This document shows positions 47,764 through 58,941 of a stretch of DNA of 64,000 nt, piece after piece. Position 1 is the stretch's first letter, and every line of letters starts with the position of its first letter. A program made the translations under genes and the position numbers. Below the pieces are notes generated by a model. That model saw only the letters and a program-made list of their open reading frames with translations. It did not search any database and was not told where the DNA came from. This stretch comes from a bacterium (GTDB taxonomy: Bacteria > Krumholzibacteriota > Krumholzibacteriia > LZORAL124-64-63): NCBI GenBank assembly GCA_024223715.1, contig JAAEOA010000332.1, positions 5,407 through 69,406 of the forward strand, written 5' to 3'.

Positions 47764-50039
47764 TGGCGTGACTTCCTTTTTCCCTTTTTCTCAGGGACTG
47801 ATTCCGAGTCTTTTCCTCTTTGTCCCGGATAAACAATTCGTGAGTGATGGATGCCAGTTAACAACGGAATAAATGACTCTCTGATCCTAGCCAGATCACT
47901 CAGAGTCAGGCCCGACTCATCCATCTCTCCGCTAAGAGCTCTTTTATCTATTACCTGTTTCGTAATTTCCCTGATTCGACTGGCCGTTGGTTTAGCCAAA
48001 GAACGAGTGGCTGCTTCGGCGGCATCAGCCAACATCAAGATGGCAGTTTCCCGAGACCGGGGCTTGGGACCCGGATAACGGAAATCATCAACTTTAACCG
48101 AAGCATTCGAATCGCTACTTAAAGCTTTGTGATAAAAATATTCCATAACCATGGTGCCATGATGTTCCGGAATAAAATCAATCACAGCTTGTGGTAACCG
48201 CCATTTTCTCCCCAGTTCGATTCCATCTTTAACGTGGGCCCCAATAATCAGGGCGCTCATGCTCGGACTAAGCTCATCATGTTTGTTTCGATTGACATTT
48301 TGATTTTCAACATAGTATTCCGGTTTTTCCATCTTACCAATATCGTGAAAAAGTGCTCCCACACGAGTCAGCAATGAGTTTGCGTCAATGGCACGGGCTG
48401 CATGCTCACTCAGTTGCCCCACAACCTGACTGTGGTGATATGTACCCTGAGCCTCCAAGGCCATGCGTTGCAACAAGGGATGATTCAAATCTGACAATTC
48501 CAACAAAGTCAAATCACTGCAAACTCCAACCAGGGGTTCAATGACCGGCAGCATAAACAACCCGAAAGCAACCAGCAGTACCGGTGCAAAAACACCCACC
48601 AGATAATCACCCGTATTCGGTGCAGATCCGGTTTGTTCCAAAAGGAAAATTAAAGATATCGATAAAAATGTAAGGACCAGAATGGTTTGATAAAATTGCG
48701 CCCGCCGACGAATTCGCCGAACAGAACCCACCGTCACCATTCCCAGGAAATACCAGGCCAGCACCTGCCCTGCCGAGTATCCAGGCAGAACAGCAACAAG
48801 AGTTACCCCCAGCAGAGTAACATTATAGCCAACTTTATCCCGAAACAGAACCGTCCCCAACAGAGAAAGCAAAATTACCGGAACACCAAAAACACCCAAC
48901 TCCAAAGTCCCGAGAGAGAAGCTGGATCCAACAAGAAAAACGGCTAAAATAATGGACAGAGCCACAATAATTCGAACGTTGTAAAGCGAACCGGGAAAAT
49001 GGACATGCCCGAACCACCCAAAGAGCCCTAAAGTGAAAGCCAACAAAACAGTCCGGCTAAAGAAACGAGTCAGTTGTCCCGATTGGGAGTCCCCTGCTCC
49101 GGCTGCAATCATTAGTTGTTCCAATTCATTCAGAAACAACTCCTGTTGCGGTGTCACACGGACACCTTGGTCAATAATTCGCTCCCCTTTTATGAACTCC
49201 CGATCGGCCACCACCGTATTACGTGCCAATTCCTGTCGAAGTCTTGTTTCCTGAGCGGAATAGACAAGATTTGGACGAACAAAATGGCGCATTTGAGAGG
49301 CAGTCCCAACCGCCATTACCGGTTCAAATCCTTCGGCAATTAATTCAGAAGTCAAACGATCCTGAAGTTCTGCCTGACTGACAACACTGGATCGGTTCCT
49401 AAAACTTTCACTGCCCTGGGTTGCCACCACAACCCTGTCATAACGACCAGGAGGCAAGACATCGACAACACCACCAGCCAATACTTTTTTCCAGGCCTTC
49501 TCCATTCTAATTACAACAGAATCCCCCGGATCAGAAGAAAGCAATCGGTTCAGGGCTACTTGGCCAATGCCGGGGAACTGCAGGGAGAAAAATCCAACTT
49601 TTTCATCCATTGTTGAAATTGAGTCCTGCAAAGCAGCTTCAACAGAATTCAACCAGAGTTCCATTCTCGTACCGGAGGCCTCGACAACGCGGTGGGCATC
49701 AGCCTTTAGAACTGGCGGCTCAACAACCACTTTTTGCAACCGGAGCATTTCAACATCCTGCTCGGCCAAAGGGGCTTCGAATGTGAAAGGAGCCCGAATT
49801 TGGTGAGGAGCAATTTCGCCTACCCCGGGAAAATCCATGTTCAGTTTTTTAACAGGAGGAAAAAGAAAAATATGCAAAACAAGAATGGCAATTCCACACA
49901 ACAAGGGAACAGTCAAATTCTGTTTTGCCTTTAAAGGCCGAACTGTGGCCAGACCACTTCTGCGTCCAGCATTTCCTGACTCCCGCATACGAGGGCTCCG
50001 AGTCAAAAAACTGCGAACACGCAACCATAACATGGACAT
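47760..50039 (-). CDS. 7TM-HDIG phosphohydrolase (PgpH/YqfF-type cyclic-di-AMP phosphodiesterase family)
   Basis: Periplasmic domain and 7 TMs; LLELSDLNHPLL, GTYHHS, FHDIGK, EHHGT, FRYPGPKP and MLAD..EAA motifs; between phoH and ybeY. ATG 50039. Confidence 0.9.
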   Translation of the reverse strand: MSMLWLRVRSFLTRSPRMRESGNAGRRSGLATVRPLKAKQNLTVPLLCGIAILVLHIFLFPPVKKLNMDFPGVGEIAPHQIRAPFTFEAPLAEQDVEMLRLQKVVVEPPVLKADAHRVVEASGTRMELWLNSVEAALQDSISTMDEKVGFFSLQFPGIGQVALNRLLSSDPGDSVVIRMEKAWKKVLAGGVVDVLPPGRYDRVVVATQGSESFRNRSSVVSQAELQDRLTSELIAEGFEPVMAVGTASQMRHFVRPNLVYSAQETRLRQELARNTVVADREFIKGERIIDQGVRVTPQQELFLNELEQLMIAAGAGDSQSGQLTRFFSRTVLLAFTLGLFGWFGHVHFPGSLYNVRIIVALSIILAVFLVGSSFSLGTLELGVFGVPVILLSLLGTVLFRDKVGYNVTLLGVTLVAVLPGYSAGQVLAWYFLGMVTVGSVRRIRRRAQFYQTILVLTFLSISLIFLLEQTGSAPNTGDYLVGVFAPVLLVAFGLFMLPVIEPLVGVCSDLTLLELSDLNHPLLQRMALEAQGTYHHSQVVGQLSEHAARAIDANSLLTRVGALFHDIGKMEKPEYYVENQNVNRNKHDELSPSMSALIIGAHVKDGIELGRKWRLPQAVIDFIPEHHGTMVMEYFYHKALSSDSNASVKVDDFRYPGPKPRSRETAILMLADAAEAATRSLAKPTASRIREITKQVIDKRALSGEMDESGLTLSDLARIRESFIPLLTGIHHSRIVYPGQRGKDSESVPEKKGKRKSRQ

Positions 50040-50083
50040 GGTCAAAATCCTTTCCACAGACAAACCAGTGAGCAACAAACAGG

Positions 50084-51088
50084 TCAGAGATTTTCTGATT
50101 CAACCCCAGCGGCTTCAAAAGCGTCAACAATTCGCCTCACCAAAGGATGACGCACGATATCCGCACCATCGAGATCCACAAAAGAAACACCTTCGGTTTC
50201 CCCCAGGATCTCCTGGACATGAACCAAACCGGACTTATCCCTGGTATGCAGATCAATTTGAGTAATGTCTCCGGTGATCACAGCTTTGGACTGAAATCCC
50301 AAGCGTGTTAAAAACATTTTCATTTGCCCCACGGTGGTATTTTGGGCTTCATCCAGGATAACAAATGCATTGTTCAGGGTTCTCCCTCGCATATAAGCCA
50401 AGGGTGAAGCTTCAATGACACCGCTGGCCAGATAGCGTGATATCTTAGCCGCTCCTGTAATGTCAGACAAAGCATCGAAAAGAGGCCGTAAGTAGGGATT
50501 GATCTTGTCCTGCAAATCACCAGGTAAAAAGCCCAATTGTTCCCCGGCTTCCACCGCGGGCCTTACCAAAATAATACGGTCAACCAGCTGACGTTTCAGG
50601 TAATCCATTGCCATAACAACAGCCAGGTATGTTTTGCCTGTTCCCGCAGGACCAATAGCAAAGACCACATCATCCTGACGCACTGCATCAACATATTTTT
50701 GCTGTCCGGCAGTCTTTGCTCGCACTGCCAAACGACTACTGCTGGCAAAAAGAATAGGGTCTTCCCGGCTATCATCAGCAGGAGTTAAGCCCTCTTCGCT
50801 GCTAATCCGGTCCCAAAGGTAAGACACAGTCACTTCATCAATTAATTGACCATGCCGTACCCTTTCCACCATCTCGACTAAAACCTTTTGCACATCGGCT
50901 GCACCGTGGTCGTCACCGGTAATTACCAATGCGTCATCCCGAACAACCAGAGTCCCGGAAAATTGTTTTTCCAGGAACCTCAGGTTGATGTCACGAGGAC
51001 CGGTAAGACTGAGCAGATCAATCCCTTTTGCCTCCACCCTTACTTGTTTCTCGCGAACGGGGCCCTTGTTTTTACTCGACGATTTCAT
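50084..51088 (-). CDS. phoH: PhoH-family ATPase
   Basis: [40 protein letters not shown] and VRHPLV. Confidence 0.96.
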   Translation of the reverse strand: MKSSSKNKGPVREKQVRVEAKGIDLLSLTGPRDINLRFLEKQFSGTLVVRDDALVITGDDHGAADVQKVLVEMVERVRHGQLIDEVTVSYLWDRISSEEGLTPADDSREDPILFASSSRLAVRAKTAGQQKYVDAVRQDDVVFAIGPAGTGKTYLAVVMAMDYLKRQLVDRIILVRPAVEAGEQLGFLPGDLQDKINPYLRPLFDALSDITGAAKISRYLASGVIEASPLAYMRGRTLNNAFVILDEAQNTTVGQMKMFLTRLGFQSKAVITGDITQIDLHTRDKSGLVHVQEILGETEGVSFVDLDGADIVRHPLVRRIVDAFEAAGVESENL

Positions 51089-52896
51089 TCGGATTCGACT
51101 TCCTTCTGGTCCGCTGTTTCAGGTTTCGGTCGCGGAACCACTTTCAGGCACAATTCTTCAAGTTGATCGTCACTGATGTGGCCGGGGCTGCGGTCCAAAG
51201 GCGACGCAGCCAAATTGGTTTTTGGAAAGGCAATTACTTCTCGCAAAGAAGGGCTTTTGGTCAAAAGCATAACCAATCGGTCCAGACCCAAGGCAATTCC
51301 ACCATGAGGTGGGGCACCAAATCCAAGAGCATCCAAAAAGAAACCGAATTTTTCCAGATATTCATCCGGTTCCATTCCTACAATGCGGAAAACTCTTTCT
51401 TGCAATTCTCGCTGATGAATCCGGATACTTCCGGAACCCAATTCCACACCATTGCAAACCAGATCATACAACTGAGCTCTGCCTTTGCCGGGATCCTCTT
51501 CCAAGCCATCAAGGTCTTCAGGACGAGGCTGTGTGAACATATGATGGCAAGCAGTCCATGCACCGGACTTTTCATCTTTTTCGAAGAGTGGGAAGTTACG
51601 AACCCAAGCCAGTGCCCAGCTGTCAGCCGGAATCCAGTCAGCCTTGGCTGCGATCTCCAAACGCAAAGCCCCCATGGCTTCAACTGCCATTTTCCAATCG
51701 CCGGCAATAAACAGGAGTAAATCTCCTTCAGAACAACCGGTACGCTCTTTCAAAGCCAATTGGAAGTCGTCGCCCAGGAATTTTGCAATACCGGTTTCAA
51801 ATCCATTTTCAGTTACCTTCAGGCGGGCCAGGCCAAAAGCGCCTCTGGTTTTAACAAATTCTTCAAGCTCATCAACCTGCTTGCGGCTCCAGGAAGCCAA
51901 ACGAGTGGCGTTCAAACAGCGTACTGTTCCGCCTTTTTTTATAGTGGATTCAAAAACGGAAAATCCACAATCCGGAACGATATCATCCAAAGTGTGCATG
52001 GGGCTACCGAAACGCAGATCAGGTTTGTCAGAGCCATATAAATTCATGGCGTCGTCGTAACTGATCCGCAAGAAAGGCGTAGGCAGATCAATGCCAAGGG
52101 TTTCTGTAAAAATAGCCGAAACCATTTCTTCAATGATGGAATAAACTTCTTCTTCAGTTACAAAGCTCATTTCAAGGTCAATTTGTGTGTGTTCCGGTTG
52201 GCGGTCTTTGCGCAAATCTTCATCCCGCAAACAACGAGCCAATTGGAAATAGCGATCCACACCGCCAGCCATAAGCATTTGTTTGTAAAGCTGGGGCGAC
52301 TGCGGCAAAGCATAGAATTGACCATGGTGGATACGACTGGGTACCACATAGTCCCGAGCCCCTTCCGGGGTCGTTTTAATTAACAACGGAGTTTCCACTT
52401 CCAGGAAATCCTGGTCTGATAAATACCGCCGGGCAGCCATGGACGCCAAGTGCCTAATCTTTAAATTCCGAGCCATCACCGGATGACGCAAGTGCAAATA
52501 CCGGTGCTTCAAACGAAGCTCTTCACTGGCATCCTCCGCTTGGTCAATCTGAAACGGCAGAGGCAAACAAGTATTAAGAATTTCAACCTTGGTTGCCACA
52601 ATTTCAATGGCTCCGGTAGCCATGTCCGGGTTGACCATATCATCGGGTCGGGGTCGAACGGTGCCGGTTATTCCCAGTACTGATTCCAATTTGAAACTTT
52701 TGGCCAGTTCCAAAGGTTCTCCATCTTCAAAAACAACCTGAACGTTTCCGTAGCGGTCCCGAAGGTTTACAAAAACTACCCCACCAAGGTCTCGGATTTT
52801 AGCAGCCCAGCCAGCTACCTTGACTTCCAGTCCCACCATGGACTCCCCTACGCTTCCGCAGCGGTGTGTCCTTACACTGTTATTGTTGGTACTCAC
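51085..52896 (-). CDS. aspS: Aspartate--tRNA ligase
   Basis: [32 protein letters not shown] and [15 protein letters not shown]. Leu in RDLGG suggests the discriminating type. Confidence 0.97.
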   Translation of the reverse strand: MSTNNNSVRTHRCGSVGESMVGLEVKVAGWAAKIRDLGGVVFVNLRDRYGNVQVVFEDGEPLELAKSFKLESVLGITGTVRPRPDDMVNPDMATGAIEIVATKVEILNTCLPLPFQIDQAEDASEELRLKHRYLHLRHPVMARNLKIRHLASMAARRYLSDQDFLEVETPLLIKTTPEGARDYVVPSRIHHGQFYALPQSPQLYKQMLMAGGVDRYFQLARCLRDEDLRKDRQPEHTQIDLEMSFVTEEEVYSIIEEMVSAIFTETLGIDLPTPFLRISYDDAMNLYGSDKPDLRFGSPMHTLDDIVPDCGFSVFESTIKKGGTVRCLNATRLASWSRKQVDELEEFVKTRGAFGLARLKVTENGFETGIAKFLGDDFQLALKERTGCSEGDLLLFIAGDWKMAVEAMGALRLEIAAKADWIPADSWALAWVRNFPLFEKDEKSGAWTACHHMFTQPRPEDLDGLEEDPGKGRAQLYDLVCNGVELGSGSIRIHQRELQERVFRIVGMEPDEYLEKFGFFLDALGFGAPPHGGIALGLDRLVMLLTKSPSLREVIAFPKTNLAASPLDRSPGHISDDQLEELCLKVVPRPKPETADQKEVESE

Positions 52897-54167
52897 CCGT
52901 TCATAACCTCCTGAACTGCAACCAGCAAATCACTGCCTGCAACCTGATTTTGTTCACCTGTATTCAGATCTTTTAACTGCACAGTTTGGACCTTTATTTC
53001 ATCAGGCCCAACCACCAGCAAAATTTTTGCCTGTCTCAAATGAGCCGACTTGGCCTGGGCCTTCAAAGAGCGCCCCGAAGTATCAACCTCTACACTGAAT
53101 TCTTTTCTCAAAAGCTCAGCAAGGTGCAAACCATATTCCTGATCTGGCAAATCCCTGCAGGCAACATAAACCTCAACCGGCGATTGGCGACTTCGCTGAG
53201 GATCAAAAGGCTTATCGTTCAAGTGCAGCAGAGTGCGTTCAACGCCAATGGAAAAGCCAATGGCTGCAGTAGCAGGTCCCCCACATTGTTCCACCAGATA
53301 ATCATATCGTCCACCGCCCGCAAGACTGCTTTGCTTACGGCCACTGTTGGCCGTAAATTCAAATGTAGTACGGCAGTAATAATCCAACCCCCGCACCAAA
53401 GCAGGGTTGTTTACAAAAGGAACCCCAAGTTCTTTTAGAGTCCGCAAAACCACATCATGATGATCAAGGCAACCCTGACAAAGGGCTTCGGTAATGGGCT
53501 TGAAACCAGAGAGTAAACCAGCCACTCCGTCATCTTTTGCATCGTACAGACGCAGGGGATTGGTTTCAATTCGCCCACGCATAGACTCAGGAATTTGCTC
53601 AATGTTGTCCTTCAGAAAAACCGTCAGGTCTTCCAGGAAAGCAGGGCGGCACTCTGGACAACCAATGCTGTTCACATGAACCTCAACACCTTCAGCACCA
53701 ACAGCCTCAAAAAGAGCCATGGCGGTTTGAATGACTTCAGCATCCAAAACAGGGCTGTCACTGCCCAGGGCCTCAACTCCAACCTGATGAAATTGACGAT
53801 ACCGGCCAGCCTGAGGTTTGTCGTGCCGAAACATGGGCCCAATGTAGAAGAACTTCACCGTACCCGGCTGACGCATCAAACCATTTTCCAGATAAGCCCG
53901 AACTACCGATGCGGTCATTTCAGGCCGAAGAGTCAGGCTGTCACCACCCTTGGTTTCAAAAGTGTACATCTCTTTATCAACAATGTCGGTGCCTTTACCA
54001 ACCGAGCGTAAAAAAAGGTCCGTGGGTTCAAGAACCGGCGTGCGAATCTCACCATAGCCATACCGGGTCAGAACTTCATTCCAGCGTTGTTCACACCACC
54101 GAAGCTGTTCCATTTCCTCCAGGAGAATATCCCGGGTCCCTTTCATTCGACGATACCGCAGCTTCAT
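52893..54167 (-). CDS. hisS: Histidine--tRNA ligase
   Basis: [27 protein letters not shown] and GGGRYD. Confidence 0.98.
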   Translation of the reverse strand: MKLRYRRMKGTRDILLEEMEQLRWCEQRWNEVLTRYGYGEIRTPVLEPTDLFLRSVGKGTDIVDKEMYTFETKGGDSLTLRPEMTASVVRAYLENGLMRQPGTVKFFYIGPMFRHDKPQAGRYRQFHQVGVEALGSDSPVLDAEVIQTAMALFEAVGAEGVEVHVNSIGCPECRPAFLEDLTVFLKDNIEQIPESMRGRIETNPLRLYDAKDDGVAGLLSGFKPITEALCQGCLDHHDVVLRTLKELGVPFVNNPALVRGLDYYCRTTFEFTANSGRKQSSLAGGGRYDYLVEQCGGPATAAIGFSIGVERTLLHLNDKPFDPQRSRQSPVEVYVACRDLPDQEYGLHLAELLRKEFSVEVDTSGRSLKAQAKSAHLRQAKILLVVGPDEIKVQTVQLKDLNTGEQNQVAGSDLLVAVQEVMNG

Positions 54168-54221
54168 TTCAACCTTTCAAATTGCAGATCTGTAATTTCC
54201 AATAGGACCCGACAATATGCA

Positions 54222-55169
54222 TTATTTTCCTTCTGGAGGCCAATCCCCAGAGAATTTTCGGCGAACCAATTCAAAATCAGGTTCCAGAAGAATGTTAAAA
54301 CCTGTAAGTCCCACGGCTCCGAGCTGTTCAATCAAATGATGAATATTTTGAGATTTTAGGGATGGGTCTTCAGAATTTTCACCTGACCGCCCCAGCAAAG
54401 CGAGACTATCGGCCCATTTAAGTCTCTCCACCAAGGGTATTTTCCGTGAGGCCATTACAACCAGGTCAGGAACAGGATCCGTATGATCTTTGACGATCCA
54501 CTCTTTGGGGTCCAGCAAACCAGACCGAAAAAAAGAATCAGCATCCCATTGGCGCACGCAAGCAAAGTCGAACGCCCCCAAGCGCAGGGCATGAAGTACC
54601 GGTCTGTGGTCATATGGATCAGGACCAAAAGAGCAAAGACTTAAATCCGCCTGGGAATTCACACTTCCCAACGAAACAAGCGAAAGAGAGTCACCAAACA
54701 CGGTTCGCCTGGCATGATTCATCCATGGCTGCTTCACTTCAGACATGTCCGCACGCGAGACAACCACCCCACGGGGGCGCAAATTGTCCGGTAGCTTGCG
54801 TCGACCGCAGACAAGTAAGCCAAAGTCATCCTGAGCAAGTTGCAGAGCCAGGCCATCGGGACAAAGTACAAAATCTACACCCTTTTGGGCTTCTTTGAAA
54901 AATTCTGAAGTTTTATTTACCACGACCAAGTTCATGGATTGTCCACTGGCATCTTCCAGAACTGAGCAGATGGACTCAAAAAGTTCCTGCCTTTCGGGGC
55001 CGGAATGAGGACCATCAAAAACGAGGAATACACCCTGAAGGTTGTATCCCCCTGAATCGGGAAAAAGTACGGCAGCAAAAGCCAGAACCAAGACCAGCAA
55101 GGCAGCAATGAGGGTAACCCAAGGCAGACTTTTCTTCCTATCATGCTGATAAATTGTATTATCAGTCAT
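54222..55169 (-). CDS. Membrane-anchored periplasmic binding-fold protein (PhnD/SsuA-like)
   Basis: N-terminal TM; PBP-II-like pattern (GVDFVL, FGDSLS, H.PVLHALRLGAFDFA, DPVPD.VV); ATG 55169 after GGAGG. Confidence 0.6.
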   Translation of the reverse strand: MTDNTIYQHDRKKSLPWVTLIAALLVLVLAFAAVLFPDSGGYNLQGVFLVFDGPHSGPERQELFESICSVLEDASGQSMNLVVVNKTSEFFKEAQKGVDFVLCPDGLALQLAQDDFGLLVCGRRKLPDNLRPRGVVVSRADMSEVKQPWMNHARRTVFGDSLSLVSLGSVNSQADLSLCSFGPDPYDHRPVLHALRLGAFDFACVRQWDADSFFRSGLLDPKEWIVKDHTDPVPDLVVMASRKIPLVERLKWADSLALLGRSGENSEDPSLKSQNIHHLIEQLGAVGLTGFNILLEPDFELVRRKFSGDWPPEGK

Positions 55170-56145
55170 CTTCCCCCTCCACAGGCCTTGTAAATACATC
55201 TGAATCCAAATCTTCAGATGAAGAATCTGCAGAGGCCCCCGACCCCACAATCACTTGAAAAGATGGAGGATCCAGTCCAATAACTTCCAACCAGGGAGGG
55301 CTGTCAATTTGGCCGGGGAGTTCGTAAATCCCATCTTCCAGGGCACCAACCGAAACAGTCACCATGAACCGATTTGCAGTCAGAGCACTCACTGAATCAG
55401 CAACACCCCTGACCATTACATCCACAACAGGAGGCGAAACCCCGACAGCCGGACGGCCGGCATCAACAAGGGGAACCACCGGAATATTAGCCAAAGTTCG
55501 GTCACTGAGGGAAGCAATTTGGACATCCAGTGATACTTTGCTGGTCACCAGATACAAAAACTCTCCAGGTTGCTCAAGAGGTACGCTGATGTTGCCGCTT
55601 TTCTGTAATTCAGAAAAATCGATGGGTTTAGCCACAATTTTTAAATTTTCCTTAAAGAACCGGCTGGGTCCCGAAACAAGTACAGAATCGGGTTTCAAAT
55701 ATGGTGTTTCAAGAAAGGCCAGCCCTTTGGGTAATTGCCCTGATTGGTCCTGTACAATGGGTAAAAGACGGAATTCCTGTTTGTCCACAGTCAGGCGCAG
55801 CCGGACTTTTGGTTTGATTGCTACAACTTTCAAATCAGAAAAGACATCTGTGGGAACCACCTCGTAGGAAAACTCCTTTCCCGGTTCCTTGTCCCACAAA
55901 TTTACCCGAACCTCCCCCACGTATCGCTGAAAAAACCGATGAAGGAACAAACGAAGCTTGCTGCCTTCCAAAACAACATTCACATGGGAATCTATCTGAC
56001 TGCCTTCAAGAGTGAGATTCTCTCCCAGGCCGTGAATAACCAAAGGCAAATTGGCTGACTGCTGCACAGTTGAATGAGATGCCACCTGTACCCAGATAAC
56101 AATGGAAATCAGCAAACAAGAAATTTTTAACCCCAGCCTGTTCAT
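55162..56145 (-). CDS. YbbR/CdaR-family protein
   Basis: N-terminal KISCLLISIVIWVQV anchor and three YbbR-like repeats (VNVVLEG, PDSVLVSGP, PPVVDVMVRG). Confidence 0.85.
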   Translation of the reverse strand: MNRLGLKISCLLISIVIWVQVASHSTVQQSANLPLVIHGLGENLTLEGSQIDSHVNVVLEGSKLRLFLHRFFQRYVGEVRVNLWDKEPGKEFSYEVVPTDVFSDLKVVAIKPKVRLRLTVDKQEFRLLPIVQDQSGQLPKGLAFLETPYLKPDSVLVSGPSRFFKENLKIVAKPIDFSELQKSGNISVPLEQPGEFLYLVTSKVSLDVQIASLSDRTLANIPVVPLVDAGRPAVGVSPPVVDVMVRGVADSVSALTANRFMVTVSVGALEDGIYELPGQIDSPPWLEVIGLDPPSFQVIVGSGASADSSSEDLDSDVFTRPVEGEDD

Positions 56146-57551
56146 GGCCTGCTTCCCTCTCCAGGCAAACGTAAAATCTGGCCTACAGCCAGAGATGCAG
56201 ATTGCAGTAAATTGTGTGATTTTATTTCATCAATGGTGGTATCGAAACGGCTGGCAAGAGCCCACAAGCTGTCGCCTTTGCGCACCGAATAATTCTCTCG
56301 CCAAATTACACGATTCTTTTGGGCCAAAACAGCTTCACCCCGAAGGTCATGCCGCCAGGATAAAAGCCCATCAGCCAGGACCCGGGCATATAGCTTTTGC
56401 CCTTTGACAGAAACCAAATTCTTTTGATCTGATTCATTGGACAAATAAGCCAACTCAACCAATGCCGAGGGCATGGCCAGTGACTTCAAAACCTGAAAAC
56501 CTGCTTGTTTGGCTTTGCGCTTTTGAGCAATCTGGCTCGCATCTGCTGCCATCAGAATATGTTCGGACAGTCGGGCCGACTCATGCAGAACAGCCGTCAT
56601 TCGCATATCCATCAAAATCCTCATGACCCAATCATCTGAAGGCTTTTCCGGGTCCAACCCAATCAGATCCGCTGCATTTTCCTTGTCTGCCAATTCACTG
56701 GCTTGACGATCGGTTGCCCCCTGAAGGGAAAGAAAATAAATTTCCATCCCCTTAATGTCTTTTTTCCGGTGAGTATTACAATGAACACTCAGGAATAAGT
56801 CACCCCGGACTTCTCTGGCAATTTCAACCCGTCGGCCCAAATTGGGATAATAATCTCCACTACGGGTCAGTACAGCCCTATATCCGGGAATGGAATCGAT
56901 GAGATTGGCCAACTCAAGACAAACCTTCAGAACAATGTCCTTCTCCTGGAACCCTTTTCGAACCGCACCCGGATCCAGACCTCCATGCCCCGGATCAATA
57001 ACAACAGTAAACAATTCATTCAGGCCAGGGCGCATTGTCACTGAAGAAGGCTGGGAAGAAGGTTGGGCAATCACTGATTTTGTTTCAGTTTGTTCACCAA
57101 AAACATCTAAAACCACACGATAGGGTAACGATGACGTTGCCGGCAATGAAAACACTTTAAAATCAGAACTCTTAACAAGGTCCAAGACCACCTGCGACCT
57201 GCTCGGACCCGGGTTGCAGCGAATGGCATGCACTAAGTTATCTTGCACAACAATACTGGCAGAATTAGAAAAAGAAAAACCAGGTAAGTTCACCGCAACC
57301 CGGTGGGGGGAATTAATTTCCCTCACTTCGTATGATGCACTGGAACTCAGATCCAGCACAACTCGAGTTTTTTCAGGACCTGAAAAATATCGTATTTGCA
57401 AGACTTCGGGTCCCGGGGCCGCCCTCAACCCCCCACTAATCCATGAAGAGAAAAACAGAGCCCAACAGAGCACAAACATAACCACATGTCTGGTTTTGCC
57501 AATGAGGTTGGGAGAATCCCGAAACATGAAGTTCGCTCCTTCGACGGCCAT
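56142..57551 (-). CDS. N-acetylmuramoyl-L-alanine amidase (AMIN, Amidase_3, LysM)
   Basis: TRVVLDL AMIN motifs, VVIDPGHGG.DPG, EK, FLSVHCN, LVELAYLSN and LysM YSVRKGDSLW. Confidence 0.93.
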   Translation of the reverse strand: MAVEGANFMFRDSPNLIGKTRHVVMFVLCWALFFSSWISGGLRAAPGPEVLQIRYFSGPEKTRVVLDLSSSASYEVREINSPHRVAVNLPGFSFSNSASIVVQDNLVHAIRCNPGPSRSQVVLDLVKSSDFKVFSLPATSSLPYRVVLDVFGEQTETKSVIAQPSSQPSSVTMRPGLNELFTVVIDPGHGGLDPGAVRKGFQEKDIVLKVCLELANLIDSIPGYRAVLTRSGDYYPNLGRRVEIAREVRGDLFLSVHCNTHRKKDIKGMEIYFLSLQGATDRQASELADKENAADLIGLDPEKPSDDWVMRILMDMRMTAVLHESARLSEHILMAADASQIAQKRKAKQAGFQVLKSLAMPSALVELAYLSNESDQKNLVSVKGQKLYARVLADGLLSWRHDLRGEAVLAQKNRVIWRENYSVRKGDSLWALASRFDTTIDEIKSHNLLQSASLAVGQILRLPGEGSRP

Positions 57552-57724
57552 TTAACTATGCAATAAAAAGATATGGTAACAAACGATGGCATCAGTTCCT
57601 TCCGAAACCCTCTGAACCAAGGAAAACTTAACACATAGCTGCTATTGTTCCCATAGAAAGTTACAAAATGGAAAAGCAAAAAATATTAAATAAGTAATGA
57701 ATTCCTGGCGGTCTTAATCAACCA

Positions 57725-58669
57725 TCAGTTCCTGCTGGCATAGGAGTCCAAAATATAGGAAACAGGATTCACCGATCGTCCCTGAATACGGATTTCATAA
57801 TGAAGATGAGGTGCCGTACTACGTCCAGTATTACCTGAAGTAGCAATGACCTGACCTCGTTTGACTAAATCGCCCTTCTTCACATCCTGCCGATTCAAGT
57901 GAGCATAAACAGTAACCACCGAGTTTCCATGATCAACTTTGATCACTTTGCCGAGTCCTCGTTGATGCTGAACAAGAACAACCACTCCATCGCCGGTCAC
58001 CCGAACTTCAGTACCAGTAGGAGCCGAAAAGTCCAAACCATGGTGAAATCGGCCTTTTCCTGTAAAAGGATCATCGCGTAAGCCAAATCGGGAGCTGACC
58101 CAGCCAATATCAATTGGTCGAATGGAAGGAATTTTACAACGAATATCTTTGTGACTGCTCAAAGTATCCAGCATTGCCTGATAACCTTGTCGCTGAATTC
58201 GGGCCTGGCGCAGCATTAAGTTAACTTCTTCTCCCAGGCCTGAAAATTCATCACTGAATGGCTGCCGGGAATCGTATCCGGGAATTTCGCTGTCAAGATA
58301 GGAAAGGCTTTCACGGCCACCAATACCCGCAGCAAACGTTTCTTCATCGAGAGGGTTCAGATTGACGGCCGTAGCCACCATATTCTGCATTTCAAACGAT
58401 TGATCCATTTCCAGACGCAAACCCTCAACCTGGTTTTGCAAACGATCAACCCTGACAGCCAGTTGATTATTTTCCAGACGCAATTCAGATCCCCCGGGAA
58501 GCCACCCGGAACCAGCATAAATCCCCATGCCATACATTCCAGACAGTACCACTAAAACCACAGCAACCGAGCCAGCAACGTACAAAGCCCAACGGGGAAC
58601 TCGAAAATGACGCACGGGTCCGTGGTCATCCGGAGTGTAAATAAAAGAATATGTCCGCTTGAGCTTCAT
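57725..58669 (-). CDS. M23-family peptidoglycan endopeptidase with TM and coiled coil
   Basis: HHGLD, YAHL and GNTGRSTAPHLHYEI; start approximate. Confidence 0.92.
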   Translation of the reverse strand: MKLKRTYSFIYTPDDHGPVRHFRVPRWALYVAGSVAVVLVVLSGMYGMGIYAGSGWLPGGSELRLENNQLAVRVDRLQNQVEGLRLEMDQSFEMQNMVATAVNLNPLDEETFAAGIGGRESLSYLDSEIPGYDSRQPFSDEFSGLGEEVNLMLRQARIQRQGYQAMLDTLSSHKDIRCKIPSIRPIDIGWVSSRFGLRDDPFTGKGRFHHGLDFSAPTGTEVRVTGDGVVVLVQHQRGLGKVIKVDHGNSVVTVYAHLNRQDVKKGDLVKRGQVIATSGNTGRSTAPHLHYEIRIQGRSVNPVSYILDSYASRN

Positions 58670-58883
58670 AACCATCCAACAATCGAAGAAAACCACCAAT
58701 TTCAGGCAAATGTGACAATACTATTTGATTCAGGTTGATCTTTGTATTGTATTTTTCAGGTCCCAAAATCACTTAAGAGACCCAATTTGTCAACGTTGAA
58801 CCATTATTTGCCATTTTCCGGGTCCAGAAGACCCTATCAGGAACGAATAGCAATTACTGGACCACATGAGTAAATACCATGGC

Positions 58884-58917
58884 AATAGAGCCAGCACCTA
58901 ATGGTGCCGGCTCTATT
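58884..58917. terminator. Hairpin terminator after the sigma factor gene
   Basis: AATAGAGCC.GCACC-TAAT-GGTGC.GGCTCTATT. Confidence 0.7.
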
Positions 58918-58941
58918 TCTCTCTAAAAGCAACAAAGAGGC

